From Azolla caroliniana (Eukaryota; Plantae; Polypodiophyta), in the NCBI GenBank assembly GCA_043228905.1, contig JBHGNT010000002.1:18724001-18788000 (forward strand): a stretch of 64,000 nucleotides of DNA, read 5' to 3'. The notes beneath the pieces were generated by a model. The model was not told the origin of the DNA. It made no database searches and saw only the letters and a list, made by a program, of their open reading frames with translations. The translations under genes and the position numbers were made by a program. How positions within the stretch are numbered: position 1 is the first letter of the stretch; each line of letters begins with the position of its first letter. Shown piece by piece: positions 48,701 to 62,502 of the stretch.

Positions 48701-49756
48701 TCAGGAGGATCTGTTTCACCAGATCACGCAAGCCGGCAACACGCGAACAAACGTGGAATCCATCGTGACACCAATTCCGGATACCGCCGAAGAAGAGGAA
48801 CCTCAGGCCAAGTCACCAGAAATTACAACTACGGTGAACAGCGCGGAACGGCGAGCGGAGTCCCCCACAATACTAGACAGCGAAACCATTACCCAAGAGG
48901 AACCCCATCTACCGGAGCATACGCTATTGGCCGACTGCACGGAGAACGTTGCGGACCAAGAGGAACCGCAACCCCACTCCCTAGAGCGTACAACGACGGC
49001 CGACATCACGGAGGAAGTGACGGACGAAACAGAGCCACGACCGACTGCAAGCTCGCCGACGACTGAGCCAAACCCCCTAGCCCAAGAAGAGCCCACAGAA
49101 CCTGGACGCCCACACAGGACGATCGCGACACCATGAGAAGCCCTCCCGACCAAGTAGGGGAACCACACCACGATGCACCTACGGGTCCTACGCCGTCCCC
49201 GGACATGGACACCGTAGCAGAGCCAAACATCAGGGCCATTTTGGAAGAAGATTAAAGGGATGGGTCCAACGTGCCATGACACTGTCTTACAGGCGTGCCA
49301 GGTGTTGTCCGCCGGAATAGTAACCGACGGACAAGAGCGCAGGAAAACGGAATAGTATAATATTGTAACGCATGTAATGGTTCACGCGGGAAGCGTGAAC
49401 GGCTAAAAGACCCTGCCCTGCGTATATAAAGGGCAGAAAACCTCTGATAGATGTAGCATGTAATTTTGAATGTAAGAGGCGTATCGTAATAGAGTTCTGT
49501 CTTCTTTGATATCTGTGTGTAGCTACGACTAATCTACTATGTGTCTGTAACACTTGAGAGCGTAGGAGTAAGTAACGGTGTGTGCACTAGCCCATTGTCA
49601 AAGGAGCTCAGTTGTAGCCGTCTCCCTTATACGCTGCTAGGGTACGGGGAATATCCCACTAAGTATTACGCACAGGCGCTACCATTCGTTGTCACACAGT
49701 CACTTGGAGGTCCAGGTCAAAGGACTGACCATAGACCGTGTTCCTAGTCGGCAACA
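45729..49756 (+). mobile_element. Non-autonomous Tat-like LTR element (5' LTR remnant 45729-45765, 3' LTR ~49303-49756)
   Basis: tagaccgtgttcctagtcggYaaca at both ends; PBS TGGCACGCCCGGTGGGAC at 45770; 3' LTR TGTTG...CAACA; host RT resumes at 49757. Confidence 0.8.
47691..49136 (+). pseudogene. Coiled-coil accessory ORF (~481 codons, in-frame stops) of the nested element
   Basis: ORFs at 47691, 48429 and 48753 share one frame, broken by TAG codons. Heptad-rich E/K/L/A region followed by a T/E/P-rich tail. Confidence 0.7.
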
Positions 49757-52506
49757 ATCGCCAGTTGAATAAAATGACAATTAAAAATGCATATCCGTTA
49801 CCTCGTGCCGATGATTTGATTGATCGTTTGCATGGGCCCCGATATTTTATGAAAATTGACTTACGGACAGGTTATCATCAGATTCACATTGCCGAGGATG
49901 ATATTCCTAAAACCGCTTTTCGTACGCGCTATGGCCATTATGAGTTTTTAGTCATGCCTTTTGGGTTGACTAATGCTCCAGCCACATTCCAACAAGCGAT
50001 GAATGACGTTTTCCGAGATCAACTCGGTGATTTTGTTGTCGTCTTCTTGGATGATATTTTGATATATAACCGTACCTTGCAAGATCATGTTCAACATTCC
50101 TTGTAATATTCATGAACTGCGATCATTCATAAGGTTTGTTGGATTTTTACGAAAATCAATTCGTAACTACACCATTAATTGACCTTTTAAAAGGTCATCC
50201 ACGTAAGTCTGTCAAACCAATTGCATGGAATGAACAACTTGACAAATCATTTGAGACACTCAAAGAGCATGTCTATCAGGCTCCCACTCTTCTATTACCG
50301 AACCCTTCTAAGACTTTCTCAATCGAAACCGATGCTAGTGATTATGCTATTCATGCCGTTCTTTATCAAGGTGGTCACCCTATTGCTTTTGAAAGTAAGA
50401 AACTTAATGTTGCTCAATCTCAATATTCGGTTCAAGAGAAAGAGTTGTTTGCGGTAATACACGCACTTCAAACATGGAGGCACTATCTCTATGGAAATAA
50501 ATTTGTGGTTACAACAGATCATCAATCATTAAAGTATTTTTGTGACCAGCCAGATCTTGTTGGTCGTGAAGGCCGTTGGGCTGACCTTATGCAATATTTT
50601 GATTTTTCCATACGGTATCGCAAGGGTTCTATGAACACCGTTACTAATGCTCTTAATTGCATTAAAGAAATTAAGATGCTTAGCTTCATGGAAATAAAAT
50701 CTGATCTTTTAGATCACCTTCGAGAGAAATACCTTGATGATAGTTATTTCTCAAAATACTGGACGAAAGCCGAATCTGGTTTAGATGCCGATACTAGCAC
50801 CCTACCTTCGAAGGCGACCTTTTACATTACAAACAATTTGCTCTACCATAGTGGAAAGGTCTGTGTTCCAGATTGACCAAACGTAAAATAGAAAATTCTT
50901 CATGAATGTCATGATGCACCATCTGCTGGTCATCCTAGAATACAACGCACACTCATTCTCATCTCGAGTACTTTTTTCTGGCCTAAGATGAGCTCTGACG
51001 TGCATAAATACGTAACTCAATGTTTACAATGTCAGATTAATAAGTTGGAACGACTTAAAGCTGATGGTCTTTTACATCCCTTAGATATTCCCAACAACAA
51101 ATGGGAAAGTATCTTGATGGATTTTATTGTTAGTTTACCTCGTACACTTAGGGGTCATGATGCCATTTGGGTTGTCATTGATAGACTAACAAAATTGGCT
51201 AGATTTATTCCTACCAAAACCACGGTAACCGCTCAACAATTGGCTTATCAATTTGTTGATGAGTTATTTCGTTTTTATGGATTACCAATGGATATTGTAA
51301 GTGATCGAGATTCCAAGTTTACTAGTGACTTTTGGACTCATGTCTTTAAGAAACAAGAAACTACATAGAGCATGAGTTCCACAAATCATCCTCAATCTGA
51401 TGGACAAATTAAACAAGTTAATCAAATTATTGAGGGCATGCTTCGAGCTTATGTAGCAAAAACCCCTTCTAAGTGGGAGCAATACCATTCTATCTTAGAA
51501 TTTGCCTATAATAGCTCTAAACATACATCCACTGGATATAGTGTTGATGTATGGTTTTCAGCCATGTGCTTTAGTCGATGTCACGATTCATCGCGATACG
51601 TTAGACAGTACGCACAATTTTTTGCAAGACATGAACCAAATGTTGCATATTGCCAAAGAAAATGTCAATACAGCTCAAGATCATGCTCGATTTTATGCTG
51701 ATTAGGATAGACGTCCCCATGCATTTACTATTGGTCAAAAAGATTTTTTGTGTGTCCCTACTGACTCTACGTCATTGTCTTCGGGCAAGTGTGCTAAGTT
51801 AGCCCCACGAACGATATTGTGGCCCATTTGAAATCCTTAAGTGGGTTGGGTCATCTGCATATCACCTTGCCTTACCCCGTAATGTTGGTATTCATCCTGT
51901 TTTTCACGTCAATCATCTAAAACCATTTTTAGGCTCTGGTGATAACACTATCACAATCCAAGATCTTGTAACATTAGAGGATTTTTCTTACAAACCTCAT
52001 GTTCCTAAACGAATTCTTGATTCTCGTACTAAATGTTTATGTTCTAAAGAGATTTGGCTATTCTAGATCAAATGGATGGATAAACCTATTGATGATGCCA
52101 CATGGGAATGAGAGCAAACTCTTAAGGCACAATTTTCTCACTTTATATTGCAAGAGTGAAATCTTTTGAAGTAGGGGAGTATGTTATGTACACATAATGT
52201 TGGTGAGGGTAGGTCACCAATATTTACATTAGTGAAGGGTATGTTCACTAATGTTAAAAAGGGAACTAATGATTGGATAGAAGGAATGATAGGTGCATGC
52301 ACTATCATGATTTGGACAACCAATGAATGAAGAGCCTTTTAGAAAGGCACATCTATTCAAGGGGCCTAGGAAAAGTTATAAATATGAGGCTTAGCTACCC
52401 TCATAAGGACATTACATCGGAAGGTTGTTGTCTTAGACACCAATGGTGCGGGCTAGGCTTTCGTCTCGACGATCGTGTTTATCTCTTCCAAGGTATTAGT
52501 CATCCT

Positions 52507-55500
52507 TGTAAAGAATCGATGGTGATTCTTGTGTAGCGGAATAGACTATAGATATGTGTTGTGAGTGTGTGTGTGTGTGTATGAGAGAGAGCGAGAGAGA
52601 GAAACACAAGATAGATAGATTTTTAGAGACAATAGAATACTCAAGAAGATGTATATTACAAAGGAGATTAACCGAACTAATTACAAAGTAGGAGGAGAGT
52701 GCTTTATATAGTCACTCTCTCTCTTCATTAACTCATTAGTTCCCATCAAGGATCTGAGCATGGGGAATGTGAAAACACATTAGTTATGTGTCATAGAATA
52801 TGATTCTATGACACATAGTTAATGTGTAGATAAGAGTGGTGACTTTTGATCTTTGAGTGCACACTCAAGGGTGTGTTCACACACTAGACTAGGTTGAACT
52901 TGATTCTCAACATGCCCCCTCAAGCTCAACTTTGGTCAGTTACCTCGGTTGATGTTTGCTTCGGCTCGTATCCGGTTCGGACTGTATCCGGTACATCCGG
53001 CTCGTATCCAGTTCAAATGGTATCCGGTACATCCGGCTTGTACTCCCCCTCAAGCTTGGCAAGTGAGGGACCGTCAATCCAAGGTCTGACAGGAATTGTT
53101 GAAGCTTGTCGGCTCCTAGCGCTTTGGTGAAGATGTCGGTTGTCTAAAGATTCGTAGTGATATGTTTAAGGTCGACATCGCCAACCTGAACACGCTCTTG
53201 AATGAAGTGATAGTGCACTTCAATATGCTTTGTGCATGCGTGGAACACCGGGTTCCGAGCCAAATAAATACTACTCATGTTGTCGCAGTAAAGGAGAATC
53301 GGATCTTTGATGGGAACGCCCAGATCCTTTAATATTCTCTTGAGCCATACGGCTTCACATGCAACCACCGCCGCGCCCCTGTATTCGGCCTCTGTGCTTG
53401 AAAGAGTGACAATTGGTTGCTTCTTGCTACTCCAGGAGATGGCTCCATTTCCAAGGGAGAAGACGAAACCAGAGGTTGATTGTCGGTGAGCTCTACCCAG
53501 TTGGCATTTGTGTACCCCTCAAGTTGAATTGGCGTGGCCGACTTATAGAGAATGCCATAGTCCATCGTTCCGCTCACATATTGTAGCACTCTCTTAGCAC
53601 AATCCAAATGGATATCTCGTGGCGTTTGCATGAACTGGCTAAGAAGGCCGACCGGATATTGGTCGAGTGACTGTGAGGTAGATAAGACTACGATCAGTTG
53701 TCGATACTGAGTCGGCTCACACTCTGTGGTGCCAGAATTGGCATCTATTTTGAGGTTTCGGTTGAGAGGTGTTGCCACAGACTTGCACTCAGTCATCTCG
53801 AACTTGTATAACAAGTTGAGAATGTAGTGTCGTTGGGAGATCATAATCCTAGCTAGAGTCCGAATTACCTCGATGCCAAGGAAGTAGTGGAGCTCTTTCA
53901 TGTCCGCCATCTCGAATTTGTTGGAAAGGAGGGATTTGACCTTGTTGATGTCGACTAGATGCTCACCTCCAATGACTAGATCATCCACGTATAGGATGAT
54001 GACGATCGGACTTCAAAATCGCTTCTTACATACAAAGAATTGTCGGATTTTGACATTCGGAAACCGATTCAATGAAGATATTGTGTTATCTTCGAGTTCC
54101 AAGCATGTGGTGCTTGCTTAAGGCCGTAGAGGGGCTTCTTGAGTCGGCATATGGCTTTCGGATGAATGTTGGATTCGAAGCCGGTTGATTGTATCATGTA
54201 CACCTCCTCTTCTAATTCGCCTTGAAGAAAAGCGTTCTTGACATCCATCTGGTGGAGGTGCCACCCTTTTGCTGATGCAAGCACTACCACGGTTCACACG
54301 GTTGTCATCTTTGCCACCGGGGCAAAGGTCTCTTCATAGTCGACGCCCTGTGTTTGTGCGTAGCCCTTTGCTATGAGTCGAGCTTTGTAGTGGTTGACAG
54401 AACCGTCGGCATTATACTTCACTTTGTATATCCATCTGTAGCCGATTGCCTTCTTGTGCGGTGAGTGAGGGATAAGATCCCATTTCTCATTCTTGCTGAG
54501 AGCTGGCATCTCCTCGTTCATCACTTCGACCCATCACGGATCTTTAGCGGTTTCGACAAAGCTCTCCGGTTCTTGAACTGTTGCCACCTTCATCATAAAG
54601 GCATAGTGGTATGCCATATAGTCGTTGTAGCCGAATCGGCTAACCAGATTCTTCTCTCGGGTGGAGTGTCAAAGTTTCACATTTGCCGATGTGAGTGCTT
54701 TCTTAGCTCTAGGTGACCTCATAAGAGGCACATCAAAGCCATCAAACTCACTATCGAGTGGATGAGTCGATTCGTTGTTGTCGAAGTGGTCGTCTTCATA
54801 TTCCGGCATTTTGGCCTTCCCTTTGTCCATCTGGACTTGGCTGAGATGAGCTTTGGTTGCTCGGAAGCTTTTCTCGTCCGCTCAATCTGGTTGAGATCGG
54901 ACTCTCTTCGAGTATTGACCTTAGTTGATCATTGTCTTCTGTGTTATCGAGGTCATTCGTAGATGGTTCGGGGGGAGTCGGCTCGGGTTTGTACCATGAT
55001 GTCGATTCGTCAAAGAAGACATCCCGACTTACACGAGTCTTCCGAGTAGAGGGGTTGAAGCACTTGTACCCCTTTTGCTCTAGTGAGTTCCCCATGAGGA
55101 TGCACTTCTTTGATTTTGGGTCAAGCTTCTGCCGCTTCTCATCGAGAATGTGCACGTATGCAATGGAGCCGAATATCCTTACATGGGATAGGGTTGGCTT
55201 CTTCCCATAGTATTTCTCGTGCGGGGTGACCTCATGCACTTCGGATGTTGTGCACCGGTTCATGAGGTAGACGGCGGTATTTGCAACTTCTGCCCAATAT
55301 GACTTAGGCATATGCTTCTCGTTAAGCATGGCCCGTGCTACCTCGAGGATGTGTCGATTCTTTCGTTCGGCTACACCGTTCTGTTGTGGTGTGTCGGCAA
55401 GTGAATTCTCGCTGAATTCCTTCTTTTCGAAGATATGCTGTGAATGCATCGGAGAAGTATTCCTTTCCTCCGTCTAACCGAAGACATCGTACATGACGCC

Positions 55501-57467
55501 CAGTTGTCTTTTCGACTTCGCTTTTGAATTTTTGGAAGTGTGTAAACACTTCGCTCTTCATCCTCATGGGAAAGATCTGTGTGTATCTAGAGAAGTCATC
55601 GATGAAGGTAACATAGTACCGACATCCTCCGAACGTAGCCGTTTGTGCCGGTCCCCACACATCCAAGTGGACTACGTCCAATAGGCCTTTGCTCACGTTT
55701 GTCTCCTTCGGGAATAGGTGCCGATGTTGCTTGCCGAATTGGCATGCTTCACATACTCCTTCAATCTCTTTCTCTTTGAAGGTCGGGAGCCCGATGATGA
55801 CTCCTTTTGATTGCATCGCCTTGAGTTTGTTGAGATTGATATGGCTGATTCTTTTATGCCATAGCACTATGTCGGTGTTGGGTTTGAGGCCCTTTGCAAA
55901 CATGGCCGATTTTACCTCGTTCGCTTCAAGGATAAACATTCAGCCTTCCCTTGGACCACGAGCAATTAGTCGACCTTCCTTCTTGATGGAGCAACCTCCT
56001 TGGTTGAATCGAACTTGCATCCCTCGCTCCACAATTTGGCCGACCGAGACCAAATTCTTCATTATGATGGGTACATTTAAGACATTTTTTATGCAAGTTT
56101 GTTCGCCTTCTTTCCTGAATGGGACATTACCGACATGCCAAATCGGATGAGTGGTGTCGTCTCTAGTCTCGACATAACCGTGTCGATCCGGCTCTCGAAG
56201 GTCTTTGAACGATTCTTCATGGGATGTCATATGGTTCGAAGCACTGGAGTTGATGAACCATACATCTTCCGGATTGGAGGCATTAGTCGAAGTAGAGGCC
56301 GACATAGAATTTGCTCTATGTCTCATTACAAACATTCCGCCATGATCTTCATAGTCGGAGTTGGTGGCATAATTGGTGAGTTGTCGACTTGTGGAAGCCG
56401 ACTCATGCTTCTTCTTTCGGCACTCTTCTTCATGGTGGCCGATTTTTTCCCAATAACCACATTCGATCGAGGTTTGTTGGCTTGGACCGGAATGGAAGCT
56501 CCCCCTTCTTCCGAAGGTTCCTTGATGGCTTCCGTTTTGTTGCCGAAATTGGGAGTTGTTGTCATAAGTCAGACCTTGTCTGCCTCGTCCTTCGCCGAAT
56601 CGGCCTCTTGCTTGGCCGCATCCTCTTCCTCCATTCGAATGTGTGTAGAGCATGTGGCCTTCCAAGGTGTTGCTCCTTGTTCGAACATGGTTTTCTTCAA
56701 CCAACAACATGGATTGAAGATCGAAGAAAGAGGGAGGATTTTCCCTTGCTAGGATGACGGTTCTCATCGCGCCGAACCATGGTGCAAGGCCGCTGAGGCA
56801 TATTTGCACCATCTCATCATCATCCACGTTGACGCTGATTGAGCCGAGTGAGACACAAACCTCCTTGATCCTCAAGGTGTAGCTCGTGATGGACATGTCT
56901 CGTTGTTGGATGTTGTTGGTTGAGTTGAAGTTTTCATGCCGTTGTATTGGCGGCGAATATCTTCCTTAGATTCTCCCATGCTTCCTTTGGCATCGTGGCT
57001 TCTCGAATGTAGCCAAGCATGTGGTCAATGACACATGTTGCCAAACAATACATTACTCGACTCGCCGCTTGCTCCCATGTTGCATCGTTGGCGTCTTTCA
57101 GGTCAGACCGGTTTTCTTGTCCTCCTTTGATGTAGCTCCAATAGCCTTGACCGACAAGGTATTGATGCATCTTGTACTCCCCAGATGCGAAGTTGTTTCG
57201 GTCCAACTTCTCGCTAGGGAGAGCTCTCCCCATTTGAGTATTCATGGTGTTCGATGGAGATTTCTTCCTTCTTCTTCTCTCTTGAATACGAGCTATGTAG
57301 TTGCACTATGATAACGATGAGCCGGTTCTTCTTGAACGTCGGCGTAGAGCTCAACACACGCGGATGGGCTAGATCGAGCTACCAAACCGCTCTGATACCA
57401 TGTAAAGAATCGATGTTGATTCTTGTGACGCGGAATAGACTAGAGATATGTGTTGTGAGTGTGTGTG

Positions 57468-57516
<49 letters not shown>

Positions 57517-57817
57517 CAAGATAGATAGATTTTTAGAGACAATAGAATACTCAAGAAGATGTATATTACAAAGGAGATTAACCGAACTAATTACAAAGTA
57601 GGAGGAGAGTGCTTTATATTGTCACTCTCTCTCTCTTCATTAACTACAGAAGCTCATGGGTCATGGGGAATGTGAAAACTCATTAGTTATGTGTCATAGA
57701 ATATGATTCTATGACACATAGTTAATGTGTAGATAAGAGTGGTGACTTTTGACCTTTGAGTGCACACTCTCAAGGGTGTGTTCACACACTAGACTAGGTT
57801 GAGCTTGATTCTCAACA
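52507..57817 (-). mobile_element. Full-length degenerate Ty1/Copia (LTRs 52507-52912 and 57401-57817; TSD ATCCT)
   Basis: TSD at 52502-52506 and 57818-57822; PBS at 57389-57400; gag, protease (SASNHMT), integrase (TPQQNGVAERKNR), RT and RNase H motifs. Confidence 0.97.
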
Positions 57818-60800
57818 ATCCTAATATCCGGTGGTATGGGACTTCGGTTGTAGGTTGGCTATGTCTAGATCATAGCTCGGGGGTGGTCGGGTGGAACGGG
57901 TTCTTCTATCCATTCTATTTTCCTTCTTTTACTTTAGTTTGGTCTATTGATTAGTAATAGACTCTTAACAAACACCCTATGTTAGGGCTTGTCCAGCCTA
58001 AAGGATAACACAAATTTTGGCGACCACGATTCTTGCAGTGAGCAGAGAACACCGGAGGATGGATGTCTCAACCAACTAACGACCAAGTCACTGAGCGAGG
58101 AAGAAGACTAGCCGAAACACAACAAAGGCGAGGATGGATATCTCGACCGACTAACGACCAAGTCACTGAGCGAGGAAGAAGACTAGCCGAAAGACAACAA
58201 AGGCGGGAAGCCTTCCAACAAGCGGCCGAGGAGATCCGATAGGATCGGTCTTTTCCCAGAGTGCTTCAGAGGGTCGCGGAAGAAGCACTTCGGTTCCAAA
58301 AACAACAACTTTCCGATGAGGGTAGTAGTCTGATGAGCCTGCCAGAGGCAGAATCACAATTGCGGAAGCTTCCCGAAGGCAATGGAGACTCAGAGGCATT
58401 CTCGGCCTTAGAGTCAGAATCGGATAGTGAATAGAGTGTTCAGTCGAATTACAAAAGTAGCCACGATAGTCCAGATGATCTGGAGGACGACGAATCAGAT
58501 GGCTCATCGACACCACCCGCGGAGAAAGTGGAAAACCGCGCACCAACACCACCTGCAAAGCAAGAACTAGACCACACAGCTCCGGTACAACCTTCCGAAG
58601 ACTACACCATGCCGTACGCGTATCCGAAGTATCATGATGACCTTGATGCGGAGGCGCACATCTATGCATTCTTACAAACATAGGAAGCGAATCATGTGTC
58701 CCAAAGGCTGACCGAACCGAAAGCCGAACAATCAAAAATTGCCGAATTCGGCATGACATTAGAGGGACCGGTGGCCCATTGTAATGCAAAGCACCTACCT
58801 GGAAGATTTGTCACATTTGAAGCCTTGAAAACAAAATTCCTCCGACTATTCCATAGGCAAGTGGAACAATGCAAACTAGTCGGTCAGTTTTACACAACCC
58901 ACCAAGAGGAGCAGGAGACAGTGCCCCAATTTACCATCCAATTTCAAACACTACATAGCCAATTAACAAGGGCACCTCCGGAGGAGGCGAACGCAGTGTT
59001 TTTGGCTGCTCTACGGGAACCCCTCCGAACGATATGCGCGGTACTAGATTTCGAGGCCAGCACAAGGGATCAAGTCATCGATCGGGTGCTAGAAATGGAT
59101 AAACATAGCTCCCTGATGATGATGGGAGCCCTGCATAGGGCCCTTCCAAATAAGGAGGATCTCAGGTTTCGCCAGGAGTTGCAATGCACAATGTGTTTAA
59201 ACCCAGGCCATTCGACGGTAGACTGCACAATGAGGACGCAGTGTATGATATGCAACTCACGGGCACAAACAACGGACCGATGCAAGTACAACCCGCTCAA
59301 CTGACAAGCGGCACCGGTGCAGAACATTGAACCACGTAGCAGTCACGAACCGGACGACGAACGGTTCCGGAGGGAGGATCGATATCGACTAGAACGTGGG
59401 GATCGGTACAATGATAGAAGACGCGACGACTATGGGTGCGATCGCGACAACCTACGCAGGGAAGGCTACAACCGAGATCGGTATGAACAGGACTACTCGC
59501 CGGATTAGGACCGGAGAAGGGATGCTTATGACCGGGACTGGTACGATAGGAACCTGGATTATAACGGTGACCGGTATGATCGCAATTACTCTCCAAGCTA
59601 CAACCAGAGGAGAGAGGACCAACGAGGAGACTACGAAGACCGGCACCGGGAGGGTTACAAGAACAACCGACGCATTATTAAGAAACGGAACTCTCGGAAA
59701 GAGGATTATCGGAGTCGGCAAAGGAGTACCAACGAGAGCCGGATAGAGGCATAAATAGCACCCAACCGGAACAAAGAAAAACAGAAGAACTTGACCAAGC
59801 AGTAACGGGATTTGAACTGGGTACCGGGCCAAAAGCAGAATCTAGCAATACCCAGAAGGCATATTGTTACTATTGCTGCCAGGAAGTCCATTACAGCAAC
59901 CAATGTCCGGTTAAAAGTAACAAAAAACAACCGACAGTCAATATGGTGGTAGCAGAAGTAGCAGATATACAGCAAGTCATCACCAGATCAAAAGGAAAGA
60001 AGGGGGAGTGGGAAGCACAAGACGCCATACGAAAACAGAGCACCGAATGGATTGAAAAGGCCAATGAATGCAATGTCACCGAAATGAAAGAGCAAATGAA
60101 TGTAGTGGAGGAACTCATAAAAAAGGCACAGCCGAAGAACCCCACCTAGCAAGCACTTCAGGAATGCCAAATCACGTTTCCACTGGGCCGGTTACTACAA
60201 CTAGTGCCCCGGTTCACTAACAGGTTGAAATCGGTGTTGGCTCTGTTAAGTCCTGCACCGGCTCCGACATTCTTTTCAAATCCGGAGGAAGGATCGGCAG
60301 TGGTGGACACCAACAATCCGGCAATCACTGCGATTATTGAAGGACGGGAGCTACCGGGTACGATAGTCGATGGCAGATCAGGAGTAAACGTGATAAGCCT
60401 CCGGACATGTGACACTTTGGGAATTCATGAGTGGGAACCATGCCCATTCTGGCTCCTTGCCACGCCACTACACACAGATGTACACTAGACACCATTTAAA
60501 TGGACGGATGAAGAGGACAAGGCTTACCGCGGACTCAAGGTAATGCTGTCACAAGCACCAGTGGTACAACCCCCGGACTGGTCAAAAGAGTTCCATGTCT
60601 TCGTGGACGCGTCGGATATCGCAATCGGCAACGTACTCATGCAACTTACTGAACTTAAGTGGTACCGACGGTGTACTACGCTAGCCAGAAGCTGTCAAAG
60701 GCAGAGCGAAATTATTCCACTACGGAAAGAGAAGCCCTAGGAATGATATACAATGTTACCAAATACCGTCATTATTTGTTGGGCCGCGAGTTTTCATTCC

Positions 60801-61129
60801 ATGTAGATCATTTAGCGCTTTTATACTTGGTCTCGAAGGCATCACTCACTGGCAAGCTGGCCGGGTGGACATTATTATTACAAGAATTTGAATTTGAGAT
60901 CTATCACCGACCGGGTATACAACATGCGGTTGCCGATTACTTGAGCCAGTTAGAATCCAGAGAGACCGGTGACGGTGTTCAAGATGAATTTACGGATGCC
61001 GAATTGTTTAAAATTACAATGGAAACCATGGTAGATGGGATAGTCGTGAACGAGGACAAATGGCTAACGAATATGCACCAGTTCTTAAGCACCGGACTAC
61101 CCCCAGAGGAGATGAACAGGGATGAACGT

Positions 61130-62224
61130 TGTCGTGAAGTACGAAAGCTTCACATTAAAAGTCTACAATAAGATAAATACGTAACTAAAATAACATTTGA
61201 TCATGTTTTATATATAAAGATAATATTAACAACACATATGATAATATTATATATATGTAAAGAAAAATAATATATATATATATATATATAGATAAATATA
61301 TTATATTACACGAACAAGAGTGGACTTGAACCAATAATCCCACCCTATGCCTCTCAAATCTTACCATTTATTCTATACTAGTAATATACATAAAATAAAG
61401 CATACTTTATATATACTTTATATTACATAAAGGACTTGCTTCATGATATAAAAATAAAGTTGTATGTTGAGACTCGAACCAACAACCTCATATACCAAAG
61501 TCAACATACCTACCATTCAGCTAGGCCCTTTCTCTTTAAGATTATATTTTCATGTTTATTCTTATTGCATATATTGTTTCATACATAAAAGCTCAAAATG
61601 AGCGAGATGTTTATCATGCATCACATGTAATGCATGAACGCCAAATGGCAATCATGCATCACATCATTTCATGCACTACATGCATGACTTGTACCCTCCA
61701 ATGCACTGTATGCATTGGGGCACCTATTTAAATGGTGAAAGAGAAGATCAAAAGGGAGATATGTATGAGATATCAATCAAATTATGTATTTCATAAGAGA
61801 TACCATAAAAATCGAGAAAGAAGGGAAGAAGTTTAACATAAATGTGGAGCTCTAGCTTGGCGGTCGTGGTGGTCAACTCTCAACAAGAGGGAGGCGGTTC
61901 GAGCCTTATCTTCATCAAAATATTGAAGTGAAGATTGTAATGGTCTACGATCAAGAAAGAGAAGAGCGATTACCTTGCAAGACAAAGTTCGGAGGTTCAA
62001 CGATGTGCACAATCATTTTGTAACTCTTTTATCAAATAATTATAAATCTCTTTTATTGCTTCAAATATCATTCTATATCCTATCTTGTCATATCTTGTTG
62101 ATCACTATTTATCTATCTCTACTCTTTCGTCTCTTCCGTCCATAATCCCAGTGATTCCTTCCTCACTTTCATGATATCTTTTGTCTACGCAACGCTACGC
62201 TTCTAGGCGAGCCACGCCACGACA
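61130..62224. mobile_element. Solo LTR (1095 bp) with 4-bp TSD ACGT
   Basis: TGTCGTG...CACGACA termini; ACGT at 61126-61129 and 62225-62228. Excision restores host pol RDERKRLAV. Confidence 0.88.
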
Positions 62225-62502
62225 ACGTAAACGGTTGGCGGTGCAAATCCGACACTTTTGTCTAGTGTAGGATACATTGTATCATAAAGGAGCGGACGAC
62301 ATATGGCGACGAGCGGTCCGGAGTGATGAAAAAGACACCATTTTACGGGAAGTGCATTGTGGGGTCGCCGGAGGACATTATGCCGGAGAAGCTATGACAA
62401 GGAATATATGGCGCAGTGGCTTATGGTGGCCAATGACACTAAAGGACTCGGTCCGATATATGAAGGAATGTGATCTATGTCAAATAATTGGGCCAACCAA
62501 CG

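Larger units (their letters stand above)
42456..57970 (+). mobile_element. Chromovirus-type Gypsy (5' LTR 42456-42928; 3' LTR 52182-52506 plus 57823-57970)
   Basis: PBS TGGTATCAAAGC at 42930. Gag 44617-45498, protease [25 protein letters not shown] and FLDDIL, RH TDASD, integrase IVSDRD, chromodomain-like IKWMDKPIDDATWE at ~52070, PPT at 52170. Confidence 0.92.
42031..62502 (+). mobile_element. Outer non-chromovirus Gypsy (LTR split into 42031-42455 and 57971-~58013; gag-pro-RH-int 58600-62502; RT deleted)
   Basis: PBS TGGCGACCAC at ~58018 (tRNA-Arg-like). Gag ORF 58696-59304, Zn-knuckle ~59865-59910, protease IVDGRSGVNVI, RNase H FVDASD and TEREALGM, integrase HHCC start at 62277. Confidence 0.8.

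Noticed and set aside
56099-56757. Long plus-strand ORFs
   Set aside because: Antisense shadows of Copia gag-pol.
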